From: Squalus acanthias
Taxonomy: Eukaryota
NCBI GenBank assembly: GCA_030390025.1
Contig: CM059433.1
Span: forward strand, 13,208,001-13,272,000
DNA length: 64,000 nucleotides
Direction of reading: 5' to 3'
This document shows positions 49,965 through 62,913 of this stretch, piece by piece. The translations under genes and the position numbers were made by a program. The first letter of the stretch is position 1. Each line of letters starts with the position of its first letter. The notes under the pieces were generated by a model. It had not been told where the DNA came from and did no database searches. It saw only the letters and a list, made by a program, of their open reading frames with translations.

Positions 49965-50959
49965 TCAAGTCTTTTATACCTTTCTATTTTTCATTTTTGG
50001 AGGGTGAAAGTTTTCTCTGTAATACCTTGCTATATGTAGAAAACATCCCAAAGTGCTTTGCAGAAGAGAAATGGGCACCAAATAATAGTGGGGAGAGATG
50101 ATCAAAAGCATAGTGGAAAAGATAGGTTTTAAATTTAGAGAAACGGGTAGCAAGGTTGGAGGGGTTTAGGGAGGGCATTCTCGAAAATGAGGCCATGGTG
50201 GCTAAAGTTTCTGCCACCAAGATTAGAATTCTTCGAAGACTATGAATTGGTGACAAGGAATCAATGGGATGGCCAAGCAGAATTTAGTATGGGGTAGGAT
50301 ATGGGCAGTGGAATTTTGGATGATTTGTGTAAAGGGTGGCATTCAGGAGTGCTGACCAGGACATCATTAAAGAAATCAAGAGTGGAGATAAAGGATTTCA
50401 GCAATGATACGAAGGAAGTCTGGGTGGAGACGGGCAATGTTTGAAATGAAGCAAGTGGTCTTTGGTGATGGATACGATACAGGGTTTGAAGCTCAGTTCT
50501 GGGTTGCAAAGGGGACAGATCGTGCATCATTTGGCTCAGCCTGAGCAAGCAGCTTGTGGGGGTGGTGTTGGGAGCGTGGGTATGGAGTTTCTGACAGGAG
50601 CTGAAAACACCTCAGTGTGCAGTGAGCATTTCGGAAAGGAGAAGTGTTTGAGTGGTCAGGAGTTGGGTGGGGGAGGGGGTTGAGGGAGCAAGACATGAGT
50701 CTAGCAGAGAAGATGAACCTGGTGCTGGTGAAAGGGAAGATGTGGGGGGGGGGGGGGGAGAAGGTACAGACTCGTATAGGGTCAGGGCTAAGTTGAGGAA
50801 AGGACTGGGGGTGAGGGGAGTTAGAGATGGGGAGAAATTGATGGCTGAGGCAGCTGTTCTAATCGTCGAGGATTGTCCTTCAAGTTGATGTGGATTCCCA
50901 GTTTAATCTATTTTTCAGAAGACTTTCAAATTGAACAAATGCAACTTGCAATTCAGCAA

Positions 50960-52000
50960 CATCAACTTGCGTTTAAAAAGCGCTTTTAACGTAGAAAATC
51001 ATTCCAAGGCACTTCAGAGGTGTAATCAGAAAAAAATGGACACAGCCAAAGAAACACACTTGCATTTATATAGCGCCTTTAACTTAGTAAAATGTCCCAA
51101 GGTGCTTCACAGGCACATTATCAAACAAAATTTGACACTGAGCCACATGAGATATTAGGACAAAGAGGAGCGTCTTAAAGGAAGAGAGAGAGATAGAGAG
51201 GTGGAATTCCAGAGCTTAGGGCCTAGGCAGCAGAAGACACGACCGCCAATGGTGGAGCGACTAGAATTGGGGATGTGCAAGAGGCCAGAATTGGAGGAGC
51301 GCAGAAATCTCGGAGGGTTGTAGGGCTGGGGGAGGTTACAGAGATGAGGAGGGGCGAGGCCATGGAGGGATTTGAAAACAAGGATGAGAATGTTGAAATT
51401 GAGGCGTTGCCGGACTGGGAGCCAGTGTAGGTCAGCAGCACAGAGGTGATGGGTGAACAGGACTTGGTGTGAGTTAGGATACACACAGAACACAGAATCC
51501 CCACAGTGCAGATAGAGGCCATTTCGGCCCATCGAGCCTGCACCGACACATATCCCACCCTATCCCCGTAACCCCACGTATTTAATCCCCCTAACACTAA
51601 GGGTCAATTTATCATAGCCAAATCAACCTAATCCGCACATCTTTGGACTGTGGGAGGAAACCGGAGCACCCGGAGGAAACCCACGCAGACACGGGGAGAA
51701 TGTGCAAACTCCACACACAATCTCCGAGGCTGGATTCGAACCCGGGTCCCTGGCGCTGTGAGGCAACAGTGCTAACCACTATGCCACCGTGGATAAGGGC
51801 AGCAGAGTTTTGGATGAGCTCAAAGAAGGAGATATTAAGGGGGGAGGGTGACCAAATGGAGGAGGAGGAGGAGAGGGAGCTGGAGAGGCAGAGGGGATTG
51901 GGAAGGAAATCCAGAGCATGGGGACCTAGACAGCTGAATGCATGGCTGTCAGTGGTAGGGTGAAGGCAGGGAGGGATGTACAAGGGGCTAGAGTTACAGG
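50960..52000 (-). mobile_element. Cluster of L2-like 3' fragments interrupted by an HE1-like SINE
   Basis: LHWLPVRQRLNFNILILVFKSLHGLAPPHLCNL...GGRVFCCLGPKLWNS. Confidence 0.75.
51482..51790 (-). mobile_element. HE1-like V-SINE
   Basis: tRNA head ggtggcatagtggttagcac...gggttcgaatcc; V-domain gtgtggagtttgcacattctccccgtgtctgcgtgggtttcctccgggtgctccggtttcctcccacagtccaaag; CR1-like tail; flanked by ggata. Confidence 0.88.
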
Positions 52001-52741
52001 AACGTAGAGCTTGGCCAAACAAAAATGTATTGTGCCTTTGTTTTGTTAATGCTTTGCAATCAGAATGGAAGAATGTAAATCTTTTGTTTCTCATTGTCTG
52101 CCTTTCCCTCCCCCCCCCCCCCCTCCTCCTCCCAGTTCATGTTCTGAATACAGAAAATCCTGACTGGCTTGGTACATCTGCGTTCAACATTATTATACAT
52201 ACATCCTTTCCATTTCCGGCCAAGTGGAAATTTTTCCAACTGGTTTAGCCATTTCTCAAATACAAACAGGTTTTTGGACTTGATTTAGTCAAAAGTAGTG
52301 GGACTGTGACTGCAGCTGTGTGTGTGTTTTTAATGGAATATTCAGTGTAAGAAATGTTGAGTAATTTTAGTGTGTTTCTAACAAAAGTAGAAAATCTTGC
52401 AAGTCGGTCAGCATCTGGAAAGATAAATGGCTTGGGGTCGGATCCTTTTTTCAGAGCTTTTTGTCTCTCGGCAGTTATTTTTTGTGCATTTCAGTTTATT
52501 CAACTACCTGTGGGATAGAGCCATTACTTTGAGTTTCTTCTTCCAAACGTTTTCAAAAGGGTTTTTATTTCCCCCAGGAACAAGCAAAAGTTTTCTGACT
52601 CTTTTTGCAGCTAGAATTGCCGTCGTTCTGATTTCCACTGAAGCCATTTGATCGAAGATTTTCTGCACGAGCTTTTAAGTATAGTTACGTGACATTTTCC
52701 TGTAGTGTAGTCGTGTAAATGTACTTTGTCGTCCTATTATA

Positions 52742-53218
52742 AAAGAAAGAAAGACAGACTTGCATTTGTATAGCGCCTTTCACGACCACCAGACGTCTCA
52801 AAGCGCTTTACAGCCAATGAAGTACTTTTGAAGTGGAGTAACTGTTGTAATGTGGGAAACGCGGCAGCCAATTTGCGCACAGCAAGCTCCCACAAACAGC
52901 AATGTGATAATGACCAGATAATCTGTTTTTGTTATGTTGGTTGAGGGATAAATATTGGGCAGGACACCAGAGATAACTCCCCTGCACTTCTTCGAAATAG
53001 TGGCCACGGGATCTTTTACGTCCACCTGAGAGGGCAGACGGGGCCTCGGTTTAACGTCTCATCCGAAAGTCGGCACCTCCGACAGTGCAGCACTCCCTCA
53101 GCACTGCACTGGGAGCGTCAGCCGAGCTTTATGTGCACAAGTCCCTGGAGTGGGACTTGAACCCACAACCTTCTGACTCAGAGGCAAAGTGTGCTGCCCA
53201 CTGAGCCACAGCTGACAC
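52742..53218 (-). mobile_element. SacSINE1-like SINE, full length
   Basis: Complete head tgtgtcagctgtggctcagtgggcagcac through the (tctt)n tail. Confidence 0.88.
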
Positions 53219-53874
53219 ATTATAATCGAGTCAGGTTCTAACACTGAAATGTAAAATGGAGCTAAGATAGTGTTGCATTCTTTTGTGCGAAGTTGCTGGC
53301 AGAATGGAATGATTTCCATTCAGGCAGCCTTGGTTGGACAATGTCTAGACTAATGCACTGCGGAGACTTTTGCTGTTACTTCTGTTTGTATTCACTAGTT
53401 CAGAAGGAGCCAATATTCTCGTCTGAAATAGCAGCTGTCTTAAATTAAAGGTACAGCCAAAAGTGATACAATTTTTTGAATCTTGTGTAAAATTCAATTT
53501 CAACTGGCACAACTTGGTCATCTCTTCAAATTAAAGTTGAAAAGAATTTTCCGAAAGTTTTTGGATTTTTGTTTTGGTTCCAGTGTACCTCTTTTCACCT
53601 CAAAAGTTTTGAAATGAGACCCAATGGGAGTCTGGATCATAAAGTTTTATGGGGAAATGCCAAACAGAATGGGGAAAGCTACGTTTTGAGAAGGGAAGCT
53701 GGATGTGGTCAGTAGAGGTGATAGCCAAAAGGGCAGCAACATGGGCAGCAATATTTGATGTCTACAAAGAACCACCAGTTCACGTGGCCCTGATCACGTA
53801 ATGAAGCAACCAAGTCCATAAATTGTTGAAATATCACTTCACGCTGGAGCATGTTTCATACTTGTACAACAAAA

Positions 53875-54110
53875 ATAACGACCACTTGCATTTATATAGC
53901 GCCTTTAACGTAGTAAAACGTCCCAAGGTGCTTCACAGGAGCGTTATCGGACAAAATTTGGCACCGAGCCACATGAGATATTCGGACAGGTGAAGAGAGG
54001 TTTTAAGGAGGTCTTAAAGGAGAAAAGAGAGGCGGAGAGGTTTAGAGAGAGAATTCCAGAGCTTAGGGCCCAGGCAACTGAAGGCACGGCCGCCAATGGT
54101 GGAGCGATGA
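53875..54110 (-). mobile_element. L2-like LINE 3' end
   Basis: Matches 51058-51260. Confidence 0.7.
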
Positions 54111-55134
54111 AAAACAGTTGTTACTATGATTAAATTTTAAAACTTTTGATTTATGTGAATAAAAATGAATTGTGACCATGCTCAATTTTATGCCTGACTT
54201 CATGGAGGATTACTGTAGATAATGTGACCCATTGTAATTCCCCCACAGCTGAGATCATCTAACTGAGAATGGGTTAGAGCTTGTACCGGGAACGTTTCTC
54301 GTCTGTGTGGCTTAGTTGCACACCGGGTAGTGTCTTTACCAACTGAGCTTATCGGGGGCTACATTTTGAAAGTATTTTTGCAATAAATTTAGAAGTCTTT
54401 CTCTGCTAGCCGTTTGTGTAAGCAATGACCTTACTGGTCACGACGAGATTTGAATTCCTGGCCAATGCTTTCGTTACAGGTGTCAGACTGGACCCAATAA
54501 GATGTTGCCTCATAGCCAGACTACCACTTTGGATAGATCCCAGTGTAGTCTGAGCTGTCTTTTTGGTAGTCATGTAATAGGATTTTGTGCACCGTTACTG
54601 CATATAACAATGGTGCATGGCAGGAACTGCATGGAGTCTATTAAGTTAGTACAATCAGCTACTCCTACCACTAAGACCTTCAGTTCCTCAAATTGTAGTG
54701 CATAAACCACATGTAGCTTTGCACAGTTGCTTACAAGCTTTTGCGGTAAAATGAAATTATTACCTCTTGAATCAAAAAAAAAAAGTACATGTTTGTCCAT
54801 TAAAAAGAATTGCTTTGAAACTTGGAATAAAAAGGGTGGCTTTACTTTCTCCATGTTTGATAAATTAGAATATGAGGTTTATCGTGGATTTGCCACTTTC
54901 CATTTCCCCCCCGAGATACTGCCGCAGAGATTTTGAACTCAAAACGTCTGGAAAATTTCAAAATGTAAACCAGACACTAATATCTGTGAGGCCGTTTTAA
55001 AGCTCGCGTTGATGACAGCTCTAAGAAAATAAAGATCTCCCTGAACTGGACATTTTGGTAACTGTACTGCCAAGATGACAACGACTATCGCATTGCTAAA
55101 GCTACTGGAATGTCAGCTTGAACATTATTATTAA

Positions 55135-56058
55135 AGAAAAGAAAGAACTTGCATTTACATAGCGCCTTTCACAACCTCGGGATGTTCTAAAGCACTTAGC
55201 AGTCAACAAAGTACTTCCGCAGCGTAGTAGGTTTTGTAATGTAAAGAAAGAAAGACTTGCATTTCTATAGCGCCTTTCACGACCACCGGATGTCTCAAAG
55301 CACTTTGCAACCAATGAAGTACCTTTTGAAGTGTAGTCACTGTTGTAATGTAGGAAACGCGGCAGCCAATTTGCGCACAGCAAGCTCCCACAAACAGCAA
55401 TGTGATCATGACCAGATAATCTGTTTTTGTTATGTGGATTGAGGGATAAATATTGGCCCAGGACACCCCTGCTCTTCTTCGAAATAGTGGCCATGGGGAT
55501 CTTTTACGTCCACCTGAGAGCAGATGGGGCCACGGTTTAACGGCACCTCCGACAGTGCAGCACTCCCTCAGCACTGCACTGGGAGTGTCAGCCTAGCTTT
55601 TTATGTGCTCAAGTCCCTGGAGTGGGGACTGTGAACCCACAACTTTCTGACGCCGAGGCGAGTGTGCTACCCACTGAGCTACAGGTAGGGAAACATGATA
55701 GCCAATTTGTGCACAGCAAGGCCCCACAAACAGCAATGGAAATATAAACGACTAGGTAATCTGTCTTTGGTGGTGTTTGTTGAGGGAGAAATGTTGGCCA
55801 GGATGCCAGGAGATCTTCCCCTGCTCCTTTTTGAATAATATTTGGGATCATTTACATCCAATTGAAAGAGCAGAGGAGGCCTTTCTAAAACCAGTTTGAC
55901 ACCTCGCCTGAAAAATGGCACCTCCAATAGTGCAGCACTGTCTCAGTGCTGGGCTGAAGTGTCAGCCCAGTTTATGTGCTCAGTTCTCTGTAGTGGGGCC
56001 TGAGTCCACAACCATCAAACTCAGAGGTGAGAATGCTACCACTGAGCCAAGGCTGACA
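55135..56058 (-). mobile_element. Old SacSINE1-like copy with a younger copy (~55245-55684) nested inside
   Basis: Tail fragment, complete young copy, then continuation of the diverged copy. Confidence 0.75.
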
Positions 56059-56190
56059 TTTTATGATTGCAATATTAACCTTGTAGAACTAAAATGTACT
56101 TTTAAAGCATAATTTTAATTTTTTTTTAAATGATCATTAATTTGCTTGCCCTGTCACTCATAGATGTGACAAGTGCAATACTTTAATAAT

Positions 56191-56670
56191 GGGCCGTATT
56201 TTGCGACCCCCCTCCCCTGCGGGTGCGTACGAGGTGTGTACGCGCCCGTAGGGGCCGCGCAAGTGCCGGGGTTTAGGCGTGCGAAGCGCATGCGCTGAAA
56301 CACGGCACTTGCGACCTGTCAATAATTCTCTTGACAGATCCTCCGCCTGCTCAAGAAAAGTGCCTCCGCGGGGGGGAGAGTTGGGCTTTTTGCACAACTT
56401 CCGCCTGCCGAAAGCCTGTCAAATTCTTACGCCTGGTAATTACCAGCATAAGAGTTTATAAAAAAAAAAGAAAAAGAAAATTTTATCACTCATTTATAAA
56501 TTAAAAATATTCTTCAAAAATGTAAGTATTTTTTGCCCCATAAAAACATTTTTTTTTCCAAAAACTTAAATTTTTGTTTAAAATATTTAATTAAATGGCA
56601 TTTTAATTAATTTTAAATATGTAATTTAATTTTTTTCTTGTTTCATGTGTATTTTTTAAGTGATCCCCAG
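56191..56670. mobile_element. Harbinger-type MITE family A, right end lost
   Basis: GGGCCGTATTTTGCGACC start; colinear with the 14378 copy up to taagtgatcccca. Confidence 0.8.
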
Positions 56671-57801
56671 AACGGTCAAAAGTATGAATAACTTTGGAGG
56701 AAAAAAAAGAAAGGGGAAAAAAAAGGGAGACTGTTGGAATCCCCAAGGAAACAAGAGACCCCAGTTATGTTGGAGCTGCATCGTTTACTGGGAGTTTTCT
56801 GGTTCCCTGGTCAGGAGTGGAACTTCCATCTACTCCTTACAAGGCAAATGGCTGGCTGGGGATGAAGCCAGGGGCAGTGACTCTTCAAGCCCAAGTTCCT
56901 GCTTCTCAGGCTCACTAAGGACCCAAAATAGCAGTGACGGCTGGGATGTCGAGAGAGTTGAGGCCTGAATCAGCTGCTTGCTGTGGGGACAATTCGTGCC
57001 TCCTCTCCACCCCCACCCCGGGCTGCTGCCATGGGACAAGTGGGTGCCAAAGATGCAGGCCAGCTGGTGCCTTCATCTGGCAGCTCCAATCAAATAAGGT
57101 ATCCTCCCACTGATCCCGTAAACTCCCAACAGGGGGTCAGCATTGGAGGGATCAGGATTGACGCCCTTGGAAATTCTGGGATACAGTCTACAGGAGTTGA
57201 GGCGATCAGCTGAGGGAGAGATGGACAGTGGTTATTCTTCTCTTAGGTTAGATCTTACCAGGTGCAGAGGAAGCCAGGAGGTTTACTGAGTTAAATCAAA
57301 GTAAGGTAACGTTTACTATAAACGTTGCTTTGCTCACTTAAAAATGTTAAAACTAGTTTGCTGATTTACGTTCGTCCTCCTCTCACTCGCGTGCTTTTCA
57401 GACCACCTTTCAGAAGATTACAGAAGGGCACATTGGAGGCACATTTGCAATTACAGCATCCATTTCAAGGAGGTTTCATTGTGGCGATCCCTGGTTTGCG
57501 CCGTCGTATGATTAGATATTGGGCAGTAACAGTAAACTCCTAATCCCAAGAGATGTGGGATCTGGTTTGGGAAGATTGTCCAGGAGTCTCCAGGAATTAA
57601 ATATTAATCTCCGACATTACTGCAAGCAACCCGGGAGAAGCATCATAGGGACATCATAAGAAAATGGGGGGGGAAAACATACGATTTTTTAATAACACTT
57701 TTGTTTTATTAGTTTTAAAAATATTGGAGATGGGAATAAAAGGCTGTTTGACGTCAAGAATAATCTAAATTAGTAATGAGGAGTCTGGTTGCTTTTCAAT
57801 A

Positions 57802-58014
57802 TGCGGAGATGCCGGTGTTGGACTGGGGTGGACAAAATTGAGAGGTCGCACAACACCAGGTTATAGTCCAACAGTTTTATTTGAAATCACAAGCTTTCGG
57901 AACTATTGCTCCTTCCTCAGGTGAAGTAAATTGGATACAGAATCGTCAGAGCATATATAGATGGAAAAAAAAGCATGTGTACTTTACAATTGCAGACCAA
58001 TAAATTAAATCATC
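57802..58014 (-). mobile_element. Second Penelope-like terminal fragment carrying a hammerhead motif
   Basis: 10-bp TSD CTTTTCAATA (57792-57801, 58015-58024); hammerhead motif at 57887-57924. Confidence 0.65.
57887..57924 (-). ncRNA. Minimal type-I hammerhead ribozyme motif, family 2
   Basis: Minus strand TCAC-CTGAGGA-A-GGAGC(aata)GTTCC-GAA-AGCT-T-GTGA. Confidence 0.72.
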
Positions 58015-58406
58015 CTTTTCAATAGCCTAGGAAGGTAGTGATGGACACGTCGGGTGACCAATGGCAGGAGCGTAGGGGCGGAGCGGTTGGAGGTGGGAAG
58101 TCATGTGATGAAACCTCCCAGAATACATCCAACCAGAGTTGGCAATCCGAGAGACACTCAGATCGAGAGAATATCTAGAATCATACAACCAAACTGTCAA
58201 ACCATTAGATTTACTACCACTTTACCCACATTCAGAGTATACATGGATATGATTTATGTAGAAGCCTGGCACTCATGATGAGTAATGGGTCGAATACTGT
58301 ACGACGTAGTTATTACCTTCCAGTACTGGCCTCAATCAACAGTGGACTATTTTCTATTGGAGCAATCCAATACCTGTGTTCACATATTTTGTTGGGTAGA
58401 TTTTTA

Positions 58407-58882
58407 AAGAAAGACAGACTTGCATTTCTATAGCGCCTTTCACGACCACTGGACGTCTCAAAGCACTTTACAACCAATGAAGTCCTTTTTTTTTTAAGTG
58501 GAGTCGCTGTTGTAATGTGGGAAACGCGGCAGCCAATTTGCGCACAGCAAGGTCCCACAAACAGCAATGTGATGATGACCAGATAATCTGTTTTTGTTAT
58601 GTTGGTTTAGGGATAAATATTGGCCAGGACACCGGGGATAACTCCCCTGCTCCTCTTCGAAATAGTGGCCGTGGGATCTTTTACGTCCACCTGAGAGAGC
58701 AGACGGGGCCTCAGTTTAACGTCTCATCCGAAAGACGGCACCTCCGACAGTGCAGCACTCCCTCAGCACTGCACTGGGAGTGTCAGCCTAGCTTTATGTG
58801 CTCAAGTCTCTGGAGTGAGACTTTGAACCCACAACCTTCTGACTCAGAGGCGAGCGTGCTACCGACTGAGCCACGGCTGACC
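58407..58882 (-). mobile_element. SacSINE1-like SINE, full length
   Basis: High identity to 52742-53218. Confidence 0.88.
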
Positions 58883-59431
58883 TGTTTTTGTGTTTTGCAT
58901 AACTTGTGTATGAATTTTGCACAGAGCTCTAGTTGTTTAGCGCACAAGTTATTCTGTGAGATATATTTGGAGATTGTTTATTCTGTTGTCTCGTCATCCT
59001 CTGGCACTTGTTTGGGTATGGCTGACAAAAGATATAAAGAAATTGGTCCGGGTTTCCCATGGTTGCTACGGAAACTTAGATTTTTTTCTCAAGATCGTTC
59101 TTTAGAATGGGGTTATTTACTGAAGCTGGCTTTTCAGATTTGTCAGTTTTATTTTGGCTGCTGAAAGCAGCTGGACAATTTGCATCTGTGTGAGTGATGA
59201 AAGGGAAATATGTTTGAAATGTGCTTTACTGAGGTGCTTGCACTGACTGACAGTGCTGTGGCTTGTCTGCAAAACTAAGAAGCTGTGTGGCGGTGTTCGT
59301 GTCATATTCCCTCTCAAGCATAAGGGTGTGGATTAAAACTGTATGGACCGTCAAACTGCACTTTGGTCTTCCTCGACATAAAATGCCTCAGAATAAATGT
59401 GAACAGTGGGTATTTGTAAATGGGAGTCATT

Positions 59432-60350
59432 GGCCCCGATATTTGCGGGGAGGGTGTGGGGGAACGTGGTAGTGCAGGGGGAGACTCGTTGAGGCCGGGG
59501 ACATGGCGGTCCTGCCGAATTTAACGGCAGGCCCTCGTTATAATTTTTTCTAATTCCAGCAGCCGGCCAAATTGACAGGCTGTCGGACGGGAAAACCAGC
59601 GGTAGGAGGCTGAAAGCAGGGGCCTTTGGGGAGGGTCCCCGGCACTCGTGATCGCGGGGCAGGCTGCAGATCGGTTTGGGGGAGGGGGTCAATTGCAAGG
59701 CAGGCCGGAGATTGGGGATTTGAAGGTGGGAGCGGTCAATCGCTTGGTGGGGGAGTGTGGGGGGGGTCGTGAAGGTCAATCACGGGGCGGCGATCAGGTG
59801 TTGGGAGGCGGGGCGGGGTCGCCGATTGCAGGACAGGCTGCAGGTCAGGGCTTGATGGGCGGGATCGGATCACAGGGCAAGCTGCAGATCGGGACTGAAG
59901 GGGGAGGTCACCAATCGGGATCGGGTGGGGGGGAAGGGAGAAAGGCTGCGAACGGCGGGGGGAGGGGGGAGACCAAAGACCTTGAGGGGCCAGGGGGAGC
60001 ACCTCTGCTCCTCTTAGCCCACAAGGTGCGCTGTAACAAATACTTGCCTTCTGAAGCCAGCAGCTCCCACCTACCTTTCACTGCCGGGTTTCCCAAGCCT
60101 TGGGAAACCCAGTCAGCAACTGTTTAATTTAAATCAGGCTCCCAATTGCACTGTTTGAGCTTGATTTACATGTTAATTAAGTGTCCCACCTCTCCAAGCC
60201 GGAACACTAACACAGGCACGCTGCCCTCCGCTGTGGAAATGGCAACGTGCATGTTCCCAGCGGGTTGGGGCCCATTCCTTGTTTTTGAGGGTTTAATCCC
60301 CTGCCCGGCGAGGGAGGGGAGGGGGTGTGGGTGGCCTTAATGTCGACCCC
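59432..60350. mobile_element. Harbinger-type MITE family C
   Basis: Ends GGCCCCGATATT / AATGTCGACCCC; flanks att/gtt; shares tttaacggcag and ggggagcac..gcccacaagg with the 43842 element. Confidence 0.7.
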
Positions 60351-61163
60351 GTTCTCTCTGCTTTATGTGAAAAGTATCTGAGATTTAATTTATCTCCTTC
60401 ATTCCTGCCGGAATTTAGTTACTCATTGCTTATTGACCAGCCTTTGCCCAAACAGAAACTTAAATATGCTGGTTGGTCAGCATCTGAAATAGAAATGTAG
60501 GTCAGCATTTCTGAACTTCCTTTCTGAAACGTTATGAATTTCTAACTTTTTTTAAACAAGAAAATTGTTTCCCAGTGTTGACGTGTTTGTCTTTTGCCTC
60601 CATAACACTGCAGATACTGTTTCTAATCCATTTCTGGTGCAAGAACTGAGCCCAAATCTACTGACCACAAATACTTCTCATGACTAACATTCCATTTTAG
60701 TGTTCTGCCAAAGGGTGACCAAATTTCTTTCTTTCCCTCACCTCAACTTGGAACAAGGATCAGTTCAAGGACACAGCTAGATGAATGCATACCATTTTCC
60801 ATAGTTAGTGTCCAGTGGTGTTGTCTGCTCAAATAACACAATGTTCTATGAATCTGGCCATTTGAGAGTGAAGGATATGCTTTTGTTTTTGAAGAAACAA
60901 GTCATACTAAACTGACCTATTCTCACGTAAAGTTCAATTTTGTTTCCTACCTTGTAGAACATTTCTGAGACCTGGAGGTACCGGGGCTTTGAAAGCAAGA
61001 TGCACTTTAAAGCTTGTTTCTTATGTCGAAAGAGAAGCTAACTCTCTAAGAGCGGCTGTGTTAAGTGTTTAAAAATCGTATTTTAAGGGCTCCTATCTTG
61101 AGCCCCTACAGAGTCCACTGGGTGTGTGAAAAGTCAACATTCTCAACTCCCATCAGTCACATA

Positions 61164-62913
61164 GGCTGCGATTTCGCCTTCTGAGGCGGGGTCGGTGGCG
61201 GGGTGCAACCTCGCTGCTGGCTCCTTCCCGCTCTGTGAAAAGAATTTTACGCTGATTGGGCTTGTTAAGCCCACCCAGCGCCTTTGCCGGCCAATTGAAG
61301 GAAGCGGGTCTGATCCGTCATCAGCTAGTTTCCTTAAAGGGACCATGCGCAAATTGATTTTGACATTTGTGCTCTGTTCTACGGCACTGAGATGCTGCAA
61401 ACACTGACGAGCACTGCACAGAGGTGCACGGCTGCACCCAGGCTCTCACATGACTCTCTCCATATGCTTATAGAGGGAGTCAAAGCACGCAGGGAGGTTC
61501 TCTTCCCCTCCAATAGGTGGAAGAGACCTCCCCAGGAGACCAACGCAGCCTGGTTGCACATTGCACAGGAGGGCACAAGCAGGGATGTCGTCAGGAGGAC
61601 CAGGCTGCAGTGGCGCAAACCTTTCAACGATCTCAATAGATCACGAAATGTTACTGCAAAGTCACACTCAACCTCAACCTGCTGTGCCACTCATCACATC
61701 CCCATCACTCTGCCTTCCCTACCCTACTCCTGCACATGCTTACTCACACCAACTTACCTTGAACCTCCACCCATCCCTCTCTATCTACATTATCACTTCC
61801 CCATCTCACTATCCACCCCTCACACTCACCCTCATCCTTGTCCAATCATTCAAACTAACAACACACAAGGGTAGGCACTTGGGTGTTTTAGCCAATGTTC
61901 ATGTGAAGTTTCTGTTAATGTGCTGTCAAACATTTAAATCTTAATTTTCAACACTTTGCGTTCTTGGACAGATTTGTGTGCACCTTTGGAAGTGGCTTAG
62001 TGAGTTGCAGTGAATGGTGAGACACACCGGTACCCCCCGCAATGGTGGTGAGTGTGAAAGGAATGGCTTGGACACTGTAGGGATGCTTTATGATGTCGGT
62101 GTGGGGTGGTGCCAACCTGGCGCATCATGTGGCAGCCAGGTTGTACAGCATCAAGTGAAGTAAATCTGGCCATGGTGAGGCCATCCCTGGCTTCCCGGGC
62201 AGCAATGTGCTCAGGTGCTGATGTCCTGTGCAACACCAGCTGATTGCGGAGAAGGTTGGTGTTGTTGTTGGTGTTGCTGGTGTGCCCTGGTGCTGCTGGT
62301 GTTGGGGCTGATCGTGGTGGGATTCTGAGGACCAAGGTGAGAATTTTTCAAGGGCACCGATGCTGATGGAATAGATGGCAGGTGAGGTTGAGATGTCAGA
62401 AGCGATGTGTCAATGGTGAGAGAGGTTGTTCCAATGAGATGAAACTGGATAGAGAGTTTTCTCCAAACACTTACTAGCTGCATAAAGCTCAATCTGTCTT
62501 CTAAATGCAGTAAGTAACAGCTTCTAACCATGGAAGTGAACACCTATGAAATGGGAGCTTTTATAGACCATTTGCAGCTGTTAAGTGAAGAAATCATCCC
62601 ATTCTGACACAACTCCCGACCTCCTTACCTGACGTGATCCCCGAGCAGCGGGGAACCCATTGGCGAACTCTCAAAATCTAAAGGCGAGCATAAAATACTC
62701 GTTAATTGCCACTTCCCAATCTCTCTAGTGATGTAAGTTGCCTCCCCCGCCGTTTGGTGTCGGCTCTCTTCTGCGATGACGGACCCGACGTCTGGGAGAC
62801 TAGCGTGGAGGCGGGTTGACAGCGGGTTCCCTACTCGCTGTTTTTAAAAAAAAAAAATTCCCAGCCGACCCGCCACCAAACGCGCCCCCTGACCTCCCCG
62901 AAAAATTCCAGCC
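61164..62913. mobile_element. Non-autonomous Harbinger element retaining a Myb/SANT exon (~61392-61650, +)
   Basis: TIR GGCTGCGATTT / AAATTCCAGCC; TSD ATA; APRLSHDSLHMLIEGVKARREVLFP...AWLHIAQE...RTRLQWRKPFNDL. Confidence 0.85.

Noticed and set aside
51715..51790. tRNA gene
   Set aside because: The tRNA-like A/B boxes are the head of an HE1-like SINE; the same applies to the SacSINE1-like heads.
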